Source: Candidatus Aenigmatarchaeota archaeon (lineage in GTDB: Archaea > Aenigmatarchaeota > Aenigmatarchaeia > PWEA01 > JACQIF01). Taken from it: a DNA stretch of 64,000 bases. The notes under the pieces are model-generated. The model did no database searches. It saw only the letters and a list, made by a program, of their open reading frames with translations, and was not told the origin of the DNA. Location: assembly GCA_016432325.1 (NCBI GenBank), contig CP066684.1, positions 704,001-768,000 of the forward strand, in the 5' to 3' direction. Below, in pieces: positions 10,599 through 20,119 of this stretch. Position 1 is the stretch's first letter. Every line of letters starts with the position of its first letter. The translations under genes were made by a program, and so were the position numbers.

Positions 10599-10991
10599 AT
10601 GTCCAAGCAAGAAAAAAAGGCCGCAACTGTCGGCGAGGCGTTGACGAATTGGCACGAAGATTTCACGCATAATTTCAACCCCGAAGACGTTCCGGCTGGC
10701 GCAGAGGACCTGGAAAACGCCGTTCTGTACATCGTGACTCACGCGGAGTCAGAGGCGCTGAAAGACAATGCGAGTATCCTGGGCGCTCTTGAGTCCGAGG
10801 TACGGTTCTTCATCATGAATATGGATAACGTGGACCACAAATACGCTCCTGTGGCGAACAGGAACGTCGAACTGCTCGGCCGGTTTTACGGCAGGCTCGT
10901 GGAAGAGCTGGAGAAAGAGCCGGCGATACGCGACGGCAGACTCGAAGACGTCAACCATTCCATTCGGATCGGACGAAGATGGCGCGGTTAA
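10599..10991 (+). CDS. hypothetical protein
   Basis: 130 aa ORF after a TTTTTAAA box. Confidence 0.6.
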   Translation: MSKQEKKAATVGEALTNWHEDFTHNFNPEDVPAGAEDLENAVLYIVTHAESEALKDNASILGALESEVRFFIMNMDNVDHKYAPVANRNVELLGRFYGRLVEELEKEPAIRDGRLEDVNHSIRIGRRWRG

Positions 10992-11015
10992 ATAACTTAT
11001 CGTGCAAATCGCACC

Positions 11016-11270
11016 ATGGCCGCGAGAATAGACAAGCGCGTGATAGGAGGAACGCTCAGCGGAGTAGCAGGCGCGTTCGTCGGAGATTCAGCGGCGCACG
11101 CGTTCGATAGGCTCCTGATGCCTGACGCGCCGACGCACTCGCTGCTCGATACGATGCTCCGCAACATTCCGTACGAGCCCACGATTGGACAGTACGTTAC
11201 GACTCTTGGCACGATGCTCATCTGCGTCAAGGTTGGAATGGACTATTTCGGCAGACCTATCAGACAGTGA
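11016..11270 (+). CDS. small membrane protein
   Basis: 84 aa, two hydrophobic segments. Confidence 0.55.
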   Translation: MAARIDKRVIGGTLSGVAGAFVGDSAAHAFDRLLMPDAPTHSLLDTMLRNIPYEPTIGQYVTTLGTMLICVKVGMDYFGRPIRQ

Positions 11271-12363
11271 GCCCCTCGAACTTCCTTCTGACGCGCTCAA
11301 GAAACTCCTCCTTGTGTTCTATCGGAACCGATCCTGCCGCGGCCTTGTCGTGACCGCCGCCTTCTCCGAGCCCGCGCGTCAGCTCCTTCACGAGCGCCGC
11401 CACGTCCACGCGGCCGGACTGGCAGCGGAAGGACATCTCGACGTTGTGCGCCGTCGCCCGCCAAACCATCACGACGCTGTCCGAATGCGCTTCTGCCACG
11501 CGTGTGGCAAGCACGCCGACTATCTTGTATTTGCTCGCGATGTGGTACATGAGCGCGCCGGCCTTTTCGAAGCGCACTGCATTGTGCTCGAAGTCGTCCA
11601 TCGTCGCCTCAAGCTCGGTCTGATACGCGTTGTAGTGCTTCATGAGCGCGCTCGACGTGATGTCCTCCGGGCTTTCCGCGTTAGAAACCACGTCAAACGC
11701 CAGCGTGGCGCCCTTGTGGCCCTCGACGCCGTAAGCCGCCGAGATTATGTTTGAGATGAGGCCGAGCCCGCTGTTCCACATCTCGCGCTGGTCGTACAAC
11801 TCCTTCAGTACCAGTTCCGGATGCTTCTTCGCCACGAGGTCGATGAGGTCCTTGCAGTCCTTCAGGCCGTAGTCGCTCAGCACGCCGACGCCCGCCAGCC
11901 AGCAGTATTTGGTGGAGAACGGTTGCGTAAGCACGTAGGCGAGATAGGACGTGGGCCTGTACAGCTTCGCGTCTTCGAAGCGCGGATTGATGTGGACGAC
12001 CGTGCGCGACGACAGGTCCTTCCTCGGTATGTGGTGGTCGAGAACGAGCATCTTCACGCCCCTCAGGGACGGCTCCATCGGAGACTGGTCTATCGGAAGG
12101 TCGCAGGTTATCACGCGCTCCTGTTCCTTCATCTGGTCGAGAAGCACGTCAGAAACGTTGATGCCCACCTCGTCCTTGCATTTCGCGAGAACCGGTTCGA
12201 TGCCTTTGGTTCGAAGATACTTCACAACAAGCGCCGCAGAACAGATGCCGTCGGAATCCCTGTCGAAAACGATACCATAAGAACGAGTCTCTTCGAGGAA
12301 CGCTCGCGCCTTGTCCAGATTGAAGGGCATCCCGGAAGGACCGGCGCTTCGTTTGACGACCAC
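11260..12363 (-). CDS. DHH/DHHA1 family phosphoesterase (RecJ-like)
   Basis: D.DSDG, CD, LDHH, GGGHDKAAA motifs. Confidence 0.9.
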   Translation of the reverse strand: MVVKRSAGPSGMPFNLDKARAFLEETRSYGIVFDRDSDGICSAALVVKYLRTKGIEPVLAKCKDEVGINVSDVLLDQMKEQERVITCDLPIDQSPMEPSLRGVKMLVLDHHIPRKDLSSRTVVHINPRFEDAKLYRPTSYLAYVLTQPFSTKYCWLAGVGVLSDYGLKDCKDLIDLVAKKHPELVLKELYDQREMWNSGLGLISNIISAAYGVEGHKGATLAFDVVSNAESPEDITSSALMKHYNAYQTELEATMDDFEHNAVRFEKAGALMYHIASKYKIVGVLATRVAEAHSDSVVMVWRATAHNVEMSFRCQSGRVDVAALVKELTRGLGEGGGHDKAAAGSVPIEHKEEFLERVRRKFEGLTV

Positions 12364-15300
12364 TTATTTCACCACTTCAAATTCGGCGGTCAAATCTTTA
12401 AATGCGCATGCACGCGCCTCTCTCAAGGACGCGTTGTACACGATGCGCGAAGAACCGGTGCGCTTCTTCAGTTCGCCTTCCCATCTTCGAAGGGCTCCCA
12501 TAGCGTTCGAGTCTGCGTTTACGTTCAGCGCCACGCGTTCGCTGACTTTAAGGCCCAGTTCTTTGCGCCTCTGTTGCACGGCGCGCGAGAGCTCGCGCAC
12601 GAACGCTTCTTCCTCGAGTTCGCGCGAGCTGGTCAAGTCCAGTTCCACCGTTCCCCATCCGAGAGCGCTCGAGAAGGCGCGCCCGCGTTCGGCAACGGCC
12701 CGCAGTACGATCTCGTCTTTTGTCAACGTGTACGAACCGGCTTTCGCCTTTCCTTCTTTCTTCAAGGCGGCCGCGATCTTCGTTGCGTCCGCTTCTGCGA
12801 GCGCCTTCGCTATCTTCGGCACGTCCTTGCCGTACTTTGGTCCTGCCGTAGCGTAGTTGAGCTTGACTTCGAAGCCGACATCCGCCAGTACGGTCTCGAC
12901 GTCCTTGACGTTGACGAGAGCGCGTATCGTGTCATCCATATCCTTTGCGGCTTTGAGCAGTTCCTTCGAACCCGCAACGACGACCTTCTTCAGCGGGTAT
13001 CGGAGGCCGATTCCGGATTCGTCGCGCAGCGCGAGGCACGCCTCGACGAGCGAGCGCACTCCGTCCATGCTGCGTTCGAGAGCCGTGTTTGTGCGCGCGG
13101 TCGTTGGCCAATCCTGGAAATGGACACTTTCATTGTCGCCGCTCAGGCCACCGTAAATCCCGTCCGACATGAATGGAGCAAGAGGCGCGAGAATCTTGCT
13201 AAGCGTAACGAGCGCTTCGCCAAGCGTCGCATATACGGCGTTCCTCGAGGCCATTGTGGCGTTCTGGCCCACGCGCTCGCGCACGAGCTTGATGTACCAC
13301 CTGCTCAAATCGTTCATAACAAAGTCCTGAACAAGGGCCGGATTGTTCTGGAACTCGTACGCCTCGAAGTTCTTCTCGCACTCCTTGGCGAGCGTGTTGA
13401 TGCGCGACAAGAGCCAGCGGTCTTCGACGCGCCGAACGGCCTTGCCCTTTCCCGTATAGCCGTCCGCGTTCGCGTACGTCGTGAAGAACTTGTAGGAGTT
13501 CCACAGCGTGTCCATAGTCTTCTTCATTGCCGCGAGACCGTCTTCCGAATACTTCACAGACTCGTCCGGACTCAGCGAGGCCATGTACAGCCGCGTCGCA
13601 TCCCGGCCGTACTTCTCCACGAGAGTGTTGGGATGTATGACATTTCCGACACTCTTCGACATCTTTATGCCCGACGCATCGAGCATCCATGAGTTAATCA
13701 GAACGTTCTTGAACGGCGCCTTATCGAATACGAGTACGCTCGCGTTCGTTTGTGCATTCCACCAGCCGCGTATCTGGTCCCTCCCCTCTATGTTCAAATC
13801 GGCGGGCCAGTACTTCTTCAGCTTCTTGTCTGTCGTCGGATAGTCGAGCGCCGACCAGCTCGCGACAGAAGATTCCAGCCAGACGTCCATTATGTCGGGT
13901 ATGCGCGTCGCTTCAGCACCGCATTCGCATTTCACGCGAACGGCGTCAATGTAGGGGATGTGCGGGTCGAAATCGTCTGGCACGCTCGCCGTCGCCAGTT
14001 TCTGAAGCTCCTCGAGCGATCCTATGATGGTGGCGCGCCCGCACGCCTTGCAGTCCCATATGGGGAGCGGGACCCCCCAGTATCTCTGGCGAGTGATCGG
14101 CCAGTCTGTCAGGCTCGTGCGGAACCACTCGTCGGTCTTGCGCTTCGCGTGGTCAGGAATCCAGTTGACTTTGCCGTTCTCCTTGACGAGCGCGTCCCTG
14201 TATTCCGTTGAGCGGATGAACCAGTTGTCCATCGCGAGCTGCAGCAGCGGCGTCGAGCATCTCCAGCAGTGCGGATATTCGTGCTCTATCTGTTCCGTGT
14301 GGAAGAGCTTTCCGTTGGCGCGCAGCCAAGCCGTTATCTCCTCGTTCGCTTCCGTGACGTTGCGGCCCGCGAGGTTCGGACCTGCCTCTTTCTTGTATCT
14401 GCCGTCCAGCCCGATTGGATTTATCAATGGCAGTCCTTGCCCCGTGCCTTCGAAGAAGTCTTCGCGGCCGTGTCCGGGAGCAGTGTGGACGAGGCCCGTG
14501 CCTGCGTCGAGCGTCACGTACTGCCTGGAAAGTATGACGCGATAGCCGCCTTCGCGTTCGCTTGCGAGCGGCGTGAAGCCCTTAAGCAGAGGCTCGTACT
14601 CTATTCCCTCGAGTTTCTTACCCGTTTTCTCTTCAAGAACCGTGTAGTGCTTGCCCAATCGTTTCATCAACGGCGCGAGCAGCTCTTTCGCAGCCCAAAC
14701 CTTCTTCCCGTCGACTTCGACCTTCGCATAGACGTAATCCGGATGGACCATTATTCCGGTGTTGGATGGCAGAGTCCATGGCGTCGTGGTCCACGCCATC
14801 AGATGCTCGTCGTTACGCGTCTTGAACGTAACGAACACAGACGAGTCCTTTCTCGTCTTGTGAACGGCCTCTGCGTTTGAGAGAGTCGTCTGGCATCTAG
14901 GGCAGACGCTGACCGGATATTTCCCTTTGGAAAGCAAGCCGCGTTCCTGCGCGCGCTTCACCACAAACCACGCGCCGAACATGTATTCAGGCGCCATCGT
15001 GCGGTACGGGTTGTCCCAGTCGAAGACGAGACAACCGAGGTTCTTGAACTCCTCTGTCATTATCTGCATGTTGCCCGTTGAGAAACGCTTGCACTCCTCG
15101 ATGAAGCGCTCGATGCCGAACTCGGCGAGCCGCGTCTTGTCGATGCTGTGCGCCTTCTCGACCTTGTTTTCTATGGGCAGGCCGTGCATGTCCCATCCCG
15201 GCCGGTTCTCCACGTCGAATCCGCGCATGAACTTGTATCTTGACGCGATGTCTTTCCAGATGCCGTTGAGTGCGGTTCCCAGGTGCAAGTGGCCCGTAGG

Positions 15301-15444
15301 ATAAGGCGGCCCGAAGCACAGGTAAAATCCCTTGCCCTTTGAGCGCGAGGCGCGCAGCTTCTTGTACAGCGAACCGTCCCACCACCCCTTGGCGTAGCGC
15401 TCCTCGTCCTTGTTCGTGAACGTATCCGGCGCAGGCTTGAACAT
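12364..15444 (-). CDS. ileS: isoleucine--tRNA ligase
   Basis: GPPYPTGHLHLG, GWDMHGLP, WTTTPWT, GTGLVHTAPGHG, DQIRGW, KMSKS. Confidence 0.97.
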   Translation of the reverse strand: MFKPAPDTFTNKDEERYAKGWWDGSLYKKLRASRSKGKGFYLCFGPPYPTGHLHLGTALNGIWKDIASRYKFMRGFDVENRPGWDMHGLPIENKVEKAHSIDKTRLAEFGIERFIEECKRFSTGNMQIMTEEFKNLGCLVFDWDNPYRTMAPEYMFGAWFVVKRAQERGLLSKGKYPVSVCPRCQTTLSNAEAVHKTRKDSSVFVTFKTRNDEHLMAWTTTPWTLPSNTGIMVHPDYVYAKVEVDGKKVWAAKELLAPLMKRLGKHYTVLEEKTGKKLEGIEYEPLLKGFTPLASEREGGYRVILSRQYVTLDAGTGLVHTAPGHGREDFFEGTGQGLPLINPIGLDGRYKKEAGPNLAGRNVTEANEEITAWLRANGKLFHTEQIEHEYPHCWRCSTPLLQLAMDNWFIRSTEYRDALVKENGKVNWIPDHAKRKTDEWFRTSLTDWPITRQRYWGVPLPIWDCKACGRATIIGSLEELQKLATASVPDDFDPHIPYIDAVRVKCECGAEATRIPDIMDVWLESSVASWSALDYPTTDKKLKKYWPADLNIEGRDQIRGWWNAQTNASVLVFDKAPFKNVLINSWMLDASGIKMSKSVGNVIHPNTLVEKYGRDATRLYMASLSPDESVKYSEDGLAAMKKTMDTLWNSYKFFTTYANADGYTGKGKAVRRVEDRWLLSRINTLAKECEKNFEAYEFQNNPALVQDFVMNDLSRWYIKLVRERVGQNATMASRNAVYATLGEALVTLSKILAPLAPFMSDGIYGGLSGDNESVHFQDWPTTARTNTALERSMDGVRSLVEACLALRDESGIGLRYPLKKVVVAGSKELLKAAKDMDDTIRALVNVKDVETVLADVGFEVKLNYATAGPKYGKDVPKIAKALAEADATKIAAALKKEGKAKAGSYTLTKDEIVLRAVAERGRAFSSALGWGTVELDLTSSRELEEEAFVRELSRAVQQRRKELGLKVSERVALNVNADSNAMGALRRWEGELKKRTGSSRIVYNASLREARACAFKDLTAEFEVVK

Positions 15445-15484
15445 AACGCCAATGTTGTCGCGAAGCGCATTTAAATTAGAACGT

Positions 15485-16510
15485 TCAGGCCGCCTTCATG
15501 GCATAGAGCACGTCTGGCGTCAGCGCGCGGTTGTAGATGCGCACGTTGTCTGCGAAGCCATCATAAGTGCCGCCTCCCTGATTCTTGCCGATGCGAAGCA
15601 CGTTGGTAGAGGTGTCTATATTGCCGCTGCACGATTTGGAACCGACGGGATTGCCGTCAAGATACATTCTCGCCGTCGTCCCATCGTACGAATAGAGGAC
15701 ATGATGCCATCCTGTCGAAGCGAGCGCCGCTGTTGCGGTGAGCTCACAGGCCGTGGGAGCACCTCCTATGGAGACGTAACCGTAGGCCGACGCCGCGCGC
15801 AGCCGGATTCCGTAGACGTTCCACTTCTCGACAAAGCCGTCGCCGCCTGCCAGAACCTTGGCGCGCCCTTCGATCGTGATTGCGCTTGTCGGACTCAGGC
15901 TTGACGAGTGCGGGAGCTCCGCATAGTCCCCTGCGACTTCGCCGATCTTCAGGGAATATTCGGACGCGGGCAACGGCGTGTCGCTGTTCCACAACGACGA
16001 GCCTGTCAGCGTGCCTGTGGCGCCGCTGACGGAATCCTTCGTACTCGCCCCGCTGCCTTCCTCGAACAACCACTCCCCGACGAGACTCTCGCGCACGTGT
16101 TCTATTTCCACAACAACGCTGTCAGAGAACGCGCCACCTGCTATTTCCAGCAGACGGTCCCCCTTCTCGAATTTCCACAAGCCTTGGACGTTCAGGTTGC
16201 CGCTGGAACCCGGGGCTATCGGAGACGCCAGCGTGTAGTTGAGTATTGTGCCGTCGACAAGAACTGTGAGAGAGCCCTGCGCTATGTCGTTTTGGCCCGT
16301 GTTGCGGAGGACGACGTTCTGGTCCTGGACGCCGTCTATCCTGAAAAGAGTAGTCGCCGTCTCCACGAGTTCCTGCGAACTCTTCTGCCCGGCCTCGGTT
16401 TGACTCGACGAAAGACGACCTGTGAAGACAGTGTACGCGCCGGCGAGGGAGAGGACTATGAGCACGAGGATTATCGATGCGATTACAGGACTGATGCCCT
16501 TGTCTTTCAT
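15485..16510 (-). CDS. archaeal type IV pilin-like protein with C-terminal LamG domain
   Basis: MKDKG/ISPVIASIIL class III signal; WHHV.YDG..MYLDG, D.VRIYNRAL. Confidence 0.85.
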   Translation of the reverse strand: MKDKGISPVIASIILVLIVLSLAGAYTVFTGRLSSSQTEAGQKSSQELVETATTLFRIDGVQDQNVVLRNTGQNDIAQGSLTVLVDGTILNYTLASPIAPGSSGNLNVQGLWKFEKGDRLLEIAGGAFSDSVVVEIEHVRESLVGEWLFEEGSGASTKDSVSGATGTLTGSSLWNSDTPLPASEYSLKIGEVAGDYAELPHSSSLSPTSAITIEGRAKVLAGGDGFVEKWNVYGIRLRAASAYGYVSIGGAPTACELTATAALASTGWHHVLYSYDGTTARMYLDGNPVGSKSCSGNIDTSTNVLRIGKNQGGGTYDGFADNVRIYNRALTPDVLYAMKAA

Positions 16511-16511
16511 C

Positions 16512-17459
16512 TTACTTCCCGCCTAACTCTCTGGCCAGCTCCTTTATGAACCTTTCAAAGTTCTTCGCAGGCACCTGCGCGCCGCACGCGGCCGCGTGTC
16601 CTCCGGCAGAGCCGCCAAGAGGCTTCGCCACCTTGCGCGCCACGCGGGCCAAATCGTGAGCGAACCCCTTGTTCGCACGCAGGGACATGTCGACGTGTCC
16701 ACCTTCGAGTATTCCTATTACGCCTACCTTGGCGTCTGCTATTCCCATAATCAGGTGCGCGCCTTTGGCCAGCGAACCCATCTCGATTATCGCGTATGCG
16801 ACCTTTCCGACAACAGTGTGGTTCTGGACCAGACGCTCGTAGAGCAGCTTGTCGTGCCTGGCCTCTTTCAGAGCGAGTTCCACAACGTCTTTCATTTCAG
16901 ACGGCTCGACGCCTTTAACGAGTTCACGAACGATTCTCCGTTTCAGGTCGTACAGATGCCTCGCCTCTCCCATCGCCTCGAGAAGGATGCCCGCCTGGAA
17001 ATAGATTATCCTCTTATCCCACTTCTCGAGCTCTTTCGTTATCCAGTTCGTGTCGTCCGCGTAGTCGCCTATCGCCCCGTAGAGCGCTATTCTTGAGAAC
17101 TCCCTTGGAAGCTTTTCGTGCAGATACATGTACGCGAGCTCTGCCGTAGAGCGGTTGGTGTCGTGAACGTACTCGTCCGGAACGTCGCGATCGCGCGTTC
17201 CGTTGGGCAGCGGGTGGTGGTCTATGTAGAGAAGTTCGTATTTCGATGAGATGCGTTTCAGCTCCGCGAGAATCAGAGGCGCGTCCTCGTCGTGCAGCGC
17301 GATGTCCAGAATCACGGTGTGCTCCTTGGTCGCCTTCAGGTCCGACAGGAGTTGCGTAGGCCGGCTGAAGTGTACGCTCTCCGCATCGACGCCGAAGGCT
17401 TTGGCTACGAGAACGGCAGACGTAAGACCGTCTGTGTCGCCGTGCGCGAAGATCTTCAG
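16512..17459 (-). CDS. DHH/DHHA1 family phosphoesterase, 5' end interrupted by stacked inserts (probable CTG start)
   Basis: Frame extends upstream of the listed ORF to (L)KIFAHGDTDG; IDHH, GGSAGGHAAACG. Confidence 0.85.
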   Translation of the reverse strand: MKIFAHGDTDGLTSAVLVAKAFGVDAESVHFSRPTQLLSDLKATKEHTVILDIALHDEDAPLILAELKRISSKYELLYIDHHPLPNGTRDRDVPDEYVHDTNRSTAELAYMYLHEKLPREFSRIALYGAIGDYADDTNWITKELEKWDKRIIYFQAGILLEAMGEARHLYDLKRRIVRELVKGVEPSEMKDVVELALKEARHDKLLYERLVQNHTVVGKVAYAIIEMGSLAKGAHLIMGIADAKVGVIGILEGGHVDMSLRANKGFAHDLARVARKVAKPLGGSAGGHAAACGAQVPAKNFERFIKELARELGGK

Positions 17460-17624
17460 AACACATCGCCCCCAATCCGTTCTGAAGTATTCGAACGAGG
17501 TTCGAAGATTTTCACGCGCCCGCCTCCGCGCGGCGTGAAAACTTGAGACCGCGTTTCAAGATTTTCAGGACCTATCCCCTCCATCCGGTCCCGAAGTATT
17601 TGAATGAGGTTCGAAGATTTTCAT
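17448..17624 (-). repeat. three stacked twin-hairpin inserts duplicating the start region NTGAA(A/G)ATCTT
   Basis: Copies begin at 17624 (ATG), 17568 (CTG), 17515 (GTG), 17459 (CTG); periods 56/53/56; units 1 and 3 closely similar. Confidence 0.9.
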
Positions 17625-17657
17625 ACTCCAGATAGTGCGGACCGATAAATAAAGAAG

Positions 17658-17863
17658 TGGTAGCCCCGGTAGGATATTCATGAAACGCGCGGCGTTTCAT
17701 ACTTTCGGCTTCTTCGAATCCGAAAGTCTTCGAACCTACGTCAACGGTTAGCTTCGTCTGCTCACAGTTCTTTCGAACTCGCATCTTTAGAGACAAACTC
17801 CAAAGACCGCTATCCTTTTGTGGAACCGCTGGAATTCCGGTTTGGCCACTAGACGACGGGGCT
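17658..17863 (-). tRNA. tRNA-Gln(TTG) with three introns (17818-17843 D-loop, 17750-17799 at 37/38, 17675-17728 at 59/60)
   Basis: Removing the three BHB-bounded segments gives a 76-nt cloverleaf AGCCCCG...CGGGGCT-A-CCA. Confidence 0.9.
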
Positions 17864-17897
17864 CCGCGCAGACGTACGCGAGAACGCTTATTAACCT

Positions 17898-18197
17898 TTA
17901 CTTCGCCTCTCCCCACTTGATAATGTAGTGGACGAAGGCGAAGACTATAATCAGCGTTATCGCAAACTGAACGAAGACATTGGCGAATGCACCTATCTTT
18001 ATCGTCGCGTCGCCCACGTTCCAGGAGAACAGCCAAAGGCTCGACTTGTTCACGGTCGCGCCCAGAAGCGGCGAGAGCACCGCGTCGACAAAAGAGCGGA
18101 CAAGGTCGTTGACGGCCAGCGCTATCACAAAAGCGACAGCCGCGCCAACCACCTTGAATTCCTGCAGGAACTGCTTGAACTCGGAAAAGACGCCCAT
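17898..18197 (-). CDS. MscL-family mechanosensitive channel (short)
   Basis: EFKQFL, AVAFVIA, LV.SFV...LSPL, IGAF motifs. Confidence 0.8.
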   Translation of the reverse strand: MGVFSEFKQFLQEFKVVGAAVAFVIALAVNDLVRSFVDAVLSPLLGATVNKSSLWLFSWNVGDATIKIGAFANVFVQFAITLIIVFAFVHYIIKWGEAK

Positions 18198-18248
18198 AAC
18201 ACTGTAACGGGAAAGGCCTTTATTAACGTTGCGTTGAAATGTGAGTCC

Positions 18249-18310
18249 ATGAAAACATCGAAACTCGGTTTCGAATCTTCCAGAGGAAACAGGTGAATTT
18301 CGTGAAAATA
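18249..18310 (+). promoter_or_regulatory. hairpin leader/uORF duplicating the thrS start
   Basis: ATGAAAACA ... GTGAAAATA, period 53, TCGAAAC-TCG-GTTTCGA hairpin, SD AGGTGA. Confidence 0.7.
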
Positions 18311-20119
18311 CTGACGCTGCACTCGAACTCGCTGACCGTGACGCCTACAAAGAAGGCGATCAAGGACGCCGACGAGGAGCACGAGGCGCTCACGGCGAAA
18401 GAAGCTCTGGTCGTCTTCACGAGCGTCGAGAAGGAGGACGAGAAGAACAATGACGTCGTGGAGCGAACCGTAGAAGAGATACTCAAGGTCAACGAGCAGG
18501 TGCATGCGAAAGAAATCGTAATCTATCCGTACGTGCACCTGACGAACGCGCCGTCGTCGCCCGGTTTCGCCAAGGAGACTTTGAACAGACTAACCGCGGC
18601 TCTGGGAAAGCACGCAATCGTGAAGAAAGCGTCTTTCGGCTGGTACAAGGCGTTCACCATAGACGTGAAAGGCCACCCGCTGGCCGAACTGTCGCGCGAG
18701 ATAAAAGGCGAAGCGGAAAAGAAGCGCGCGCCGATAAAGAAGGAATATTTCATCATGACAGAGGACGGCAAGACGCACGACCCCGGAACGTACAAGTACA
18801 AGCAAGGCGAGGAGAACTTCAAGATTCTGGTGGATAAGGAAGCTCTGGGAAAAGAAGCGCCAGGAGGGAAAGAACCTGAATACATCAAGCATGTCAAACG
18901 TTTTGGAATAGACTGGGAGAGCATGTCAGACAGCGGCCACATGAGATACGGACCGCTGGGCGCGATGATACTTGAGCTCGCTTCGGACTACGCGAACGCC
19001 GTTGTGCGCTCCGTGGGGATTCCCGTGTACAACGTGCGCGGAACGAACATGTTCTCCCTGAACGAGCGCGCGATAGCAGAGCACGCGAAGCTCTTCGGAG
19101 ATCGTCTGTACGAGCTGGAGATGGAGAAAAAGAGGTTCGTCCTCAGATACGCCGCGTGCTTCCAGCAGTTCGCGATAATGAAGGACTGGATTATATCGTA
19201 CAAGAACATCCCTCTCGGTGCGTTCGAGGTCGCCGATTCATATCGTTTCGAACAGTCAGGCGAGACGCTGCTGTGCTTCCGCCTTCGAAAATTCCAGATG
19301 CCGGACATGCACGTGCTTACGTCAGACATGGAAGAGGCCAAGAAATGGACGCTCAGGATTCACGACAAGATATACGGGGAGATCGGCAAGCTTGGTCGCG
19401 ACTACTACTCGCTCTACAACCTCACATCGAAGGAATACTTCGAAAAGAACAAGGAGTTTTTCAAGGAGATGGTTCGCCGCGAGAAGAAGCCCGTGCTTCT
19501 GTGCTTCTATCCGCAGGGCGTCAACTATTACTGGATGTTGAATGTGGAGTATCACATCGTCGATTCGATGCAGAGGCCGCGCGAAATCGGGACGGTGCAG
19601 ATAGACGTCGGCAACGCCGAGCGCTTCGGCATCACATACACAGACGCGTCGGGCGCCGCGAAACATCCGATAATCCTGCACACGGCGATAATAGGCGGCC
19701 TTGAGAGATACATCTACACGATATTCGACACGGCGCTCCGCGAGAAGCATCCGACGTTGCCTCTGTGGCTGAGCCCGACGCAGGTTCGCCTGTGTCCGGT
19801 GAACGACACGTACGCGAAGAAGTGCGAGGCTCTGGCGGAGGAACTGGAGAAGAAAGGCGTGCGCGCGGACGTGGACGACCGCACGGAGTCCGTGCAGAAG
19901 AAGGTCCGCGACGCGGAGACGGATTGGATACCGCTCATCGTTGTCTACGGAGAGAAGGAAGACGCGGCGAAGAAGCTTGCCGTGCGCTTCAGGAAGTCTG
20001 GAGACGTCGAGAATATGTCTCTCGTCGAGCTGGCTTCGAGAATCAGGAAGGAGACATCCGAATATCCGTTCAGGCCGTTGACGATGCCGAAATTGGTTTC
20101 AAAGAGGCCGAAGTTCTAG
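18302..20119 (+). CDS. thrS: threonine--tRNA ligase (archaeal type, N-terminal editing domain)
   Basis: YPYVHL, FGWYKAF..VKGHPLAELSR, LRYAACF, YRFEQSGE, P.WLSPTQVR. Confidence 0.96.
   Translation: MKILTLHSNSLTVTPTKKAIKDADEEHEALTAKEALVVFTSVEKEDEKNNDVVERTVEEILKVNEQVHAKEIVIYPYVHLTNAPSSPGFAKETLNRLTAALGKHAIVKKASFGWYKAFTIDVKGHPLAELSREIKGEAEKKRAPIKKEYFIMTEDGKTHDPGTYKYKQGEENFKILVDKEALGKEAPGGKEPEYIKHVKRFGIDWESMSDSGHMRYGPLGAMILELASDYANAVVRSVGIPVYNVRGTNMFSLNERAIAEHAKLFGDRLYELEMEKKRFVLRYAACFQQFAIMKDWIISYKNIPLGAFEVADSYRFEQSGETLLCFRLRKFQMPDMHVLTSDMEEAKKWTLRIHDKIYGEIGKLGRDYYSLYNLTSKEYFEKNKEFFKEMVRREKKPVLLCFYPQGVNYYWMLNVEYHIVDSMQRPREIGTVQIDVGNAERFGITYTDASGAAKHPIILHTAIIGGLERYIYTIFDTALREKHPTLPLWLSPTQVRLCPVNDTYAKKCEALAEELEKKGVRADVDDRTESVQKKVRDAETDWIPLIVVYGEKEDAAKKLAVRFRKSGDVENMSLVELASRIRKETSEYPFRPLTMPKLVSKRPKF

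Noticed and set aside
11821-13692. 623-aa plus-strand ORF and similar long antisense ORFs (4753-5664, 46136-47350, 47831-48955, 32675-33784)
   Set aside because: Shadow frames of well-supported genes in GC-rich DNA, with no motifs.
17448-17624. CRISPR-like array (regularly spaced repeats, GAAAC/GTTTC motifs)
   Set aside because: The repeat is only about 11 bp and equals the gene start, spacers 1 and 3 are near copies, and there are no cas genes.
17572-18036. ORFs over tRNA loci (also 39468-39751, 49680-49949, 53577-54074)
   Set aside because: They overlap intron-containing tRNA genes and are spurious.
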